The notes under the pieces: model-generated | The model's input: the letters and a program-made list of their open reading frames with translations, nothing else | Database searches by the model: none | What the model was told of the DNA's origin: nothing | Shown: positions 59,855-64,000 of the stretch, piece after piece | How the letters are laid out: every line of letters begins with the position of its first letter | Numbering within the stretch: the first letter of the stretch is position 1 | Position numbers and translations under genes: made by a program | Origin: Endomicrobiales bacterium | GTDB lineage: Bacteria; Elusimicrobiota; Endomicrobiia; Endomicrobiales; CAWCFT01 | Direction: 5' to 3' | NCBI GenBank assembly: GCA_963794945.1 | Contig: CAWCFT010000012.1 | Span: 1-64,000, forward strand | DNA length: 64,000 nt

Positions 59855-61580
59855 ATGAAGATAGTCAATACTTTCGGCAGTTACCGTCATAAACTTAGAA
59901 TTATCCTGCCTTTGATGCTGGTTTTATGCGCCCTATTGGGATGGGCGGTGTTAACTGCTGTCTCGAGAATTAACAACGAGTCAAAAAATGACAGTGTAGA
60001 GATATGCCTGGATTGGGACGAGGTTTGCAGCCTGTGCGCATTGAACAATTATGCCATAAGCGATTTTCTTGAAAGAAGCAGGGCGATAGGCGTAACCAGT
60101 GTAGCTATTGCAGAAGAGAATTTGTCAACACTATCGGGGTCAGGGAAGATAATATATTTTTCCGGGCCAGAATATTCAAGGGCCAAGCTGCTGGATATTG
60201 TCGCACAGGGCGGCATGGTTTCAGAACAACCTGATCGCTTCGCAAGACCAGAGCAGCTTAAAATACATATCCGGTATTCTTCAGGCCAGATATAACATAA
60301 GTTCTAAAATACAAAAAGCCGGTAAATATTATCTTCTTACGCCCTCGGTGGACACCACATTCATCCCTCCATTTTGGAGCGAGAGCATGCCGTTAGGATT
60401 TTCAAGAGACAAACAACTCTTCTTGGCTACTAAAGACCTTAAGACAGTTTACAGGATACAAGATGCCTGCAATCCTGCGTGGATAAGTCAGATATCAACG
60501 GAGAATGTTTCAGGCATTATGTGGGACAGCCCCGTGGTGCCGGGTTATGAGGGAAGAGAACATGACCTTTCGGATATTATAAGCGAGAAACGGATCAAGT
60601 ACATAAGCATGGAATTCTGCGCTGTGTCGGGGGAAGACTATGTCGAGAGGAGTATCCCCGGCCTTCTTGTACGAGGTCACCAAATAAACGAAGCTGAACT
60701 GGGGCACAACCAGGAATCGGTTTTCTGGCTTTCCAGATGGATGCGTGCTGTAAAAGAAAGAAGCATAAGGTTCGTTTATTTTCGTTTCTGGAAGAACAGG
60801 TCAATCGAAGATAATATGAGCTATCTGCGTTCAACAGCAAAGAATTTCAAGGATGCCGGCTACAAGCTTGATACGGCAAACCCTCCGGATTATCCTTCAC
60901 ATGGCAGGCTTGGTTTTTGGAAAATATGCGTGTTCCTAACCGCTGTACTAATTCCGCTGCTGGGGCTGAAAACCGCTCTCAAGAGAAACAATTTCATGTA
61001 TTCGTTCGCGGCAGTGAACGCGGTGAGCCTGTTTGGCGGAGTACTTATATCAGCGATGCTTTATGACGCTTATTTTATGCAGAAGATGGCCGATGTGCCT
61101 ATGGTCAGGATAATATTTTTCATACCGCTGATGCTTTCGGTGTTCATTTTGTTTAGGTGGGAACAATTGAAGAATTTCTGGAACACAAGGCTCGAGATAA
61201 AGCACTTTATCATAGCCGCGGCCATTCTGGCGGTTGGGGCTGTATTGCTTATCCGCTCCGGCAACAACGCGGCCGAATGGATGACGCCGGACCAGGGGTT
61301 GCGTGAGTTCCTGGAAAATCTTTTGTTCGTAAGGCCCAGGACAAAGGAATTTCTGATAGGACACCCTCTGCTGCTGCTGGGTTTTTATCTAAAAAATCCG
61401 TGGCTTATACTTGCCGGAATGGTTGGGCAGGTCTCAGTACTAAATACATTCCTACACGCGCACTCGCCGCTCGCGGTTTCATTGACAAGAACAGTCTTTG
61501 GCATGATCTTTGGATTTATTATAGGTGTTATTTTTATAGAACTTTATAAAGTAATAAGGGCACATATCGTAAAGAAATGA
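59855..61580 (+). CDS. DUF5693-family membrane protein (frameshift ~60215)
   Basis: RWMRAVKERSIR, VRPRTKEFLIGHP and GQVSVLNTFLHAHSPL..SL.R; adjacent to csaB, as is usual for this family. Confidence 0.8.
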
Positions 61581-62620
61581 AAATACTTATTTCGGGCTAC
61601 TACGGATTTGGCAATGCGGGCGATGAGCTCATCCTTGAGACTATAGCCACAGAGCTGTTTTCGAAAAGAGATGATATCGAGCTTACAGTTCTTTCTGTAA
61701 AGCCGCATGAAACCTCCACAAGGCACAAATTACGAGCTGTCAGCAGATGGAACTTTTTCAAGGTGGTCCGCGAGATAATTCGCTGCGATGTTCTGCTCTC
61801 GGGCGGCGGCGGGTTGTTCCAGGACAGTACCGGGAGTAAGGGCCTATATTATTATCTGCTGATCATTCTATTTGCAAAGATACTCGGCAAAAAGGTTTAT
61901 ATTTATGGAGCCGGCGTAAACGACCTTAAGTACGTAAACAGGATATTCATCACGTGGGTGTTCAAGCTTGCGGACGGCATAACGGTTCGGGAAAGCGATT
62001 CATCAAACCTCCTTGTAAAGTGGGGGCTGCCTAAAGACAGGATAACTGTTACAGCTGACCCTGTCATGCTTAAAGAGGTTAATATAGAAAAACAACACAG
62101 GGACGAGCCTACGGTTGTTTTTATACTGCGTCCTCCCGCTAAATCGAAATGGCGCGCTGAACTTTTCGCCAAACTGGCTGACGCGATATGCCAGAGGCTC
62201 AAAGCTAAACTCGTTTTTATGCCTTTTCATCCGGAACACGACGCCGAATTCTCAGTTTGTGTGATGCACCTTATGAAGGCCAAAGCCACGCTGGTAAGGT
62301 GGAATAAATTCGATGATATCTATGACACTATAGGCAAAGCGGACCTTATCATAAGCCAGCGGCTTCACGGCCTCATACTAGCGCTGTTGTACGGGGTCCC
62401 ACTTATAGGTATATCCGATGACGCAAAGATAGACCGTTTCTTAAAGGAACTTGGCCAAAAAAATATTTCACACATGACAGAAGAAAATTACTATTCTGTG
62501 CTAGCGGTTATACTCGATATGTGGGAATGGCGAGAGGAATTCAAAAAAACAGCCAAGAAGATCCTGCCGGATTTTAAGATGAGAGCGAAAAAGAACTCGG
62601 AACTGCCTTTTACCTGCTGA
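61577..62620 (+). CDS. csaB: Polysaccharide pyruvyl transferase CsaB
   Basis: ISGYYGFGNAGDE, LSGGGGLFQDSTG...YY, ITVRE..S, TADPV and RLHGLI. Confidence 0.92.
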   Translation: MKILISGYYGFGNAGDELILETIATELFSKRDDIELTVLSVKPHETSTRHKLRAVSRWNFFKVVREIIRCDVLLSGGGGLFQDSTGSKGLYYYLLIILFAKILGKKVYIYGAGVNDLKYVNRIFITWVFKLADGITVRESDSSNLLVKWGLPKDRITVTADPVMLKEVNIEKQHRDEPTVVFILRPPAKSKWRAELFAKLADAICQRLKAKLVFMPFHPEHDAEFSVCVMHLMKAKATLVRWNKFDDIYDTIGKADLIISQRLHGLILALLYGVPLIGISDDAKIDRFLKELGQKNISHMTEENYYSVLAVILDMWEWREEFKKTAKKILPDFKMRAKKNSELPFTC

Positions 62621-62658
62621 AACCAGCCGCTTCTAACAGCATTTACCGTTTTACGCTG

Positions 62659-62687
62659 TTTACAAATCAGCCCAAATATTCTATAAT
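62659..62687 (+). promoter_or_regulatory. Sigma70-type promoter for ftsX-envC
   Basis: TTTACA-17 bp-TATAAT. This makes the TTG start at 62688 unlikely. Confidence 0.6.
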
Positions 62688-62762
62688 TTGAATGTAAAAA
62701 CTGTCTATTTTTCAATAAATACACAAATATGCCAAACAGAACCTCTTTTTAATTCAAAAGTA

Positions 62763-63467
62763 ATGCTCGCTGTTGGAACGGTGTTCACAACGGCGCTGCT
62801 TGCTTTTGCTTTTAACGCATATCGCCAAGCCAGCCTTTTCAATAAATCCTTTTTACCTGAGGCCAAAATAGCGGTTTTCATCGCGCCGGACTGCAAGTCG
62901 GCACCAGAAGTTATACTGGAAAAACTCGTCAACCTTGACGGAGTAGAAAAAGCCGATTACATGCCAAAAGAGAAGGTGCTGGAAAAGGCTCAGTTTGAGA
63001 ACTCTAAACTAAAGAACGTGATACTGTCCGGAGAAAACCCTTTTTCGCCATACTATATTATCACTCCAAAGACGGTCAGCGTTTTGTCGGCTCAAAAGCT
63101 TAAAGAGAAAGTGGATAGGATCGAAGGCGTTGAAGAGGCGGCATTTGATGATAATCTGTTTTCCGCTATAGAGAAAACAGGTAAGTTCGCTGACATATAT
63201 AAGATATGCGGGAAGATAGCCGCAGCGGCCATTCTTCTTATCGTGGCGGCAAAATTCATTTTCAGATGGTTTAATGAAGAAGCAGATTTTCTCGGCTATC
63301 TGTACAACATACTAATAGGGGCCGTTTCGGGAGCTGTAGGGGCAGGGCTGTTCTATCTTATAATTGCGGAACTGGCGAGAACGGATGTTCTTCGGATGCC
63401 GGCGAAGTACTTCCTGTACCTGACTTTTGGCGGTATTTTGACGGTAATGTTCTGGGAAAACGATTGA
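62763..63467 (+). CDS. ftsX: FtsX-like permease
   Basis: A TM, an extracytoplasmic loop IAVFI...LDGVEKADYMPKEKVL...GENPF...IEGVEEA, then further TMs; upstream of an EnvC-like gene. The start may be ATG 62729 with a homopolymer frameshift. Confidence 0.7.
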   Translation: MLAVGTVFTTALLAFAFNAYRQASLFNKSFLPEAKIAVFIAPDCKSAPEVILEKLVNLDGVEKADYMPKEKVLEKAQFENSKLKNVILSGENPFSPYYIITPKTVSVLSAQKLKEKVDRIEGVEEAAFDDNLFSAIEKTGKFADIYKICGKIAAAAILLIVAAKFIFRWFNEEADFLGYLYNILIGAVSGAVGAGLFYLIIAELARTDVLRMPAKYFLYLTFGGILTVMFWEND

Positions 63468-64000
63468 AATACACGAATATCTGTGTTCTCATGATCATGT
63501 TCATTTCTGCGGCAACTGCGTACCCGACCACCGGTGGGCAGTACAAAAAGGAGATCGAGAGCAGTTCAAAGAGCCTTCAGGAACTGCAGAAGAGCATTAA
63601 AGAGAAACGAATAGAAAAAGAAAAATGCCTGCTCGATGAAAAATGCATTAGATCAGAGCTTTCAAAAATAGACAGGGAACTCTCCCGGCTTCAGAAAAAA
63701 GGAGAGGCGCTTAAGAAAGAAATAAAAAAATCCGAGAAAATGCTGGTTCAATCAGAAAAAGAGCTTAAGCTCGCGGGTTGGGAAAAACAACAATGGGTAA
63801 ACGCGCTTGACCTAGAAGCGAACAAATGGTTCCAGGTTCACCACGGGTACAATACGCTTTTCAAGGACAACATAACCGAGCACATGCGTTTTGAGGCGAT
63901 GCTGCAGAAGAGGTCGTATGTAGGCAACGCTTTAAATAAAGAATCGATGTCCAGACAGGCAATATCGAAATGGCAGACAGCCGAAGCAAGGCTCGTCGAA
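63464..64000 (+). CDS. EnvC-like murein hydrolase activator, N-terminal part (runs off the window)
   Basis: TTG 63464 overlaps the ftsX stop. A signal peptide is followed by a long coiled coil (KKEIESSSKSLQELQKSIKEKR...) open to the window end. The M23 domain is not visible. Confidence 0.6.
   Translation, partial: MKYTNICVLMIMFISAATAYPTTGGQYKKEIESSSKSLQELQKSIKEKRIEKEKCLLDEKCIRSELSKIDRELSRLQKKGEALKKEIKKSEKMLVQSEKELKLAGWEKQQWVNALDLEANKWFQVHHGYNTLFKDNITEHMRFEAMLQKRSYVGNALNKESMSRQAISKWQTAEARLVE

Noticed and set aside
39..60300. Many split genes (rpsO, pnp, accB, ftsK, lolA, pgsA, two DUF2723, peptidase, scpA, TIM barrel, barrel-TPR, DUF5693) read as pseudogenes or programmed frameshifts
   Set aside because: The breaks are single-base indels scattered through essential genes, with otherwise intact motifs and no accumulation of in-frame stops. 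Long-read consensus error is the simplest explanation; read polishing would confirm it.

Overview
This is a 64-kb bacterial chromosomal segment in which essentially every credible gene lies on the + strand. The gene content suggests a diderm, possibly Elusimicrobiota, but that is inference only. More than a dozen single-base frameshifts fall in conserved genes (rpsO, pnp, accB, ftsK, lolA, pgsA, scpA and others) and look like long-read consensus errors rather than pseudogenes. There are five blocks. (1) Housekeeping genes: rpsO-pnp-accB-ftsK-lolA-rodZ-rimO-pgsA-pgpA-MBL-xerD, followed by an MfpA-like pentapeptide gene. (2) A MoxR/DUF58/BatA/DUF4159/GATase-like/DUF4175/peptidase-MA locus interleaved with several GT-C glycosyltransferases (three DUF2723-TPR, one ArnT/PMT-like, and one TMTC-like just downstream). 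(3) cca, a site-2 protease, trpS and scpAB. (4) A ~15-kb putative operon combining a Ser/Thr kinase, an FHA-propeller protein, a PP2C phosphatase, a dual-receiver protein, two PorV-like barrels, a fibre-like protein, a FlgD-Ig-tailed protein and an SLH-like coiled-coil protein. (5) galT-DUF5693-csaB-ftsX-envC. Intergenic DNA is rich in small palindromic elements: heptamer- and octamer-built inverted repeats, a DUF559 cassette plus an empty copy, and a CGTC-type REP. The most unusual feature is an ORF-free stretch at ~26.2-26.75 kb holding about nine different 16-26 bp palindromes interleaved with a conserved GTTGGGCACTACAATT repeat.
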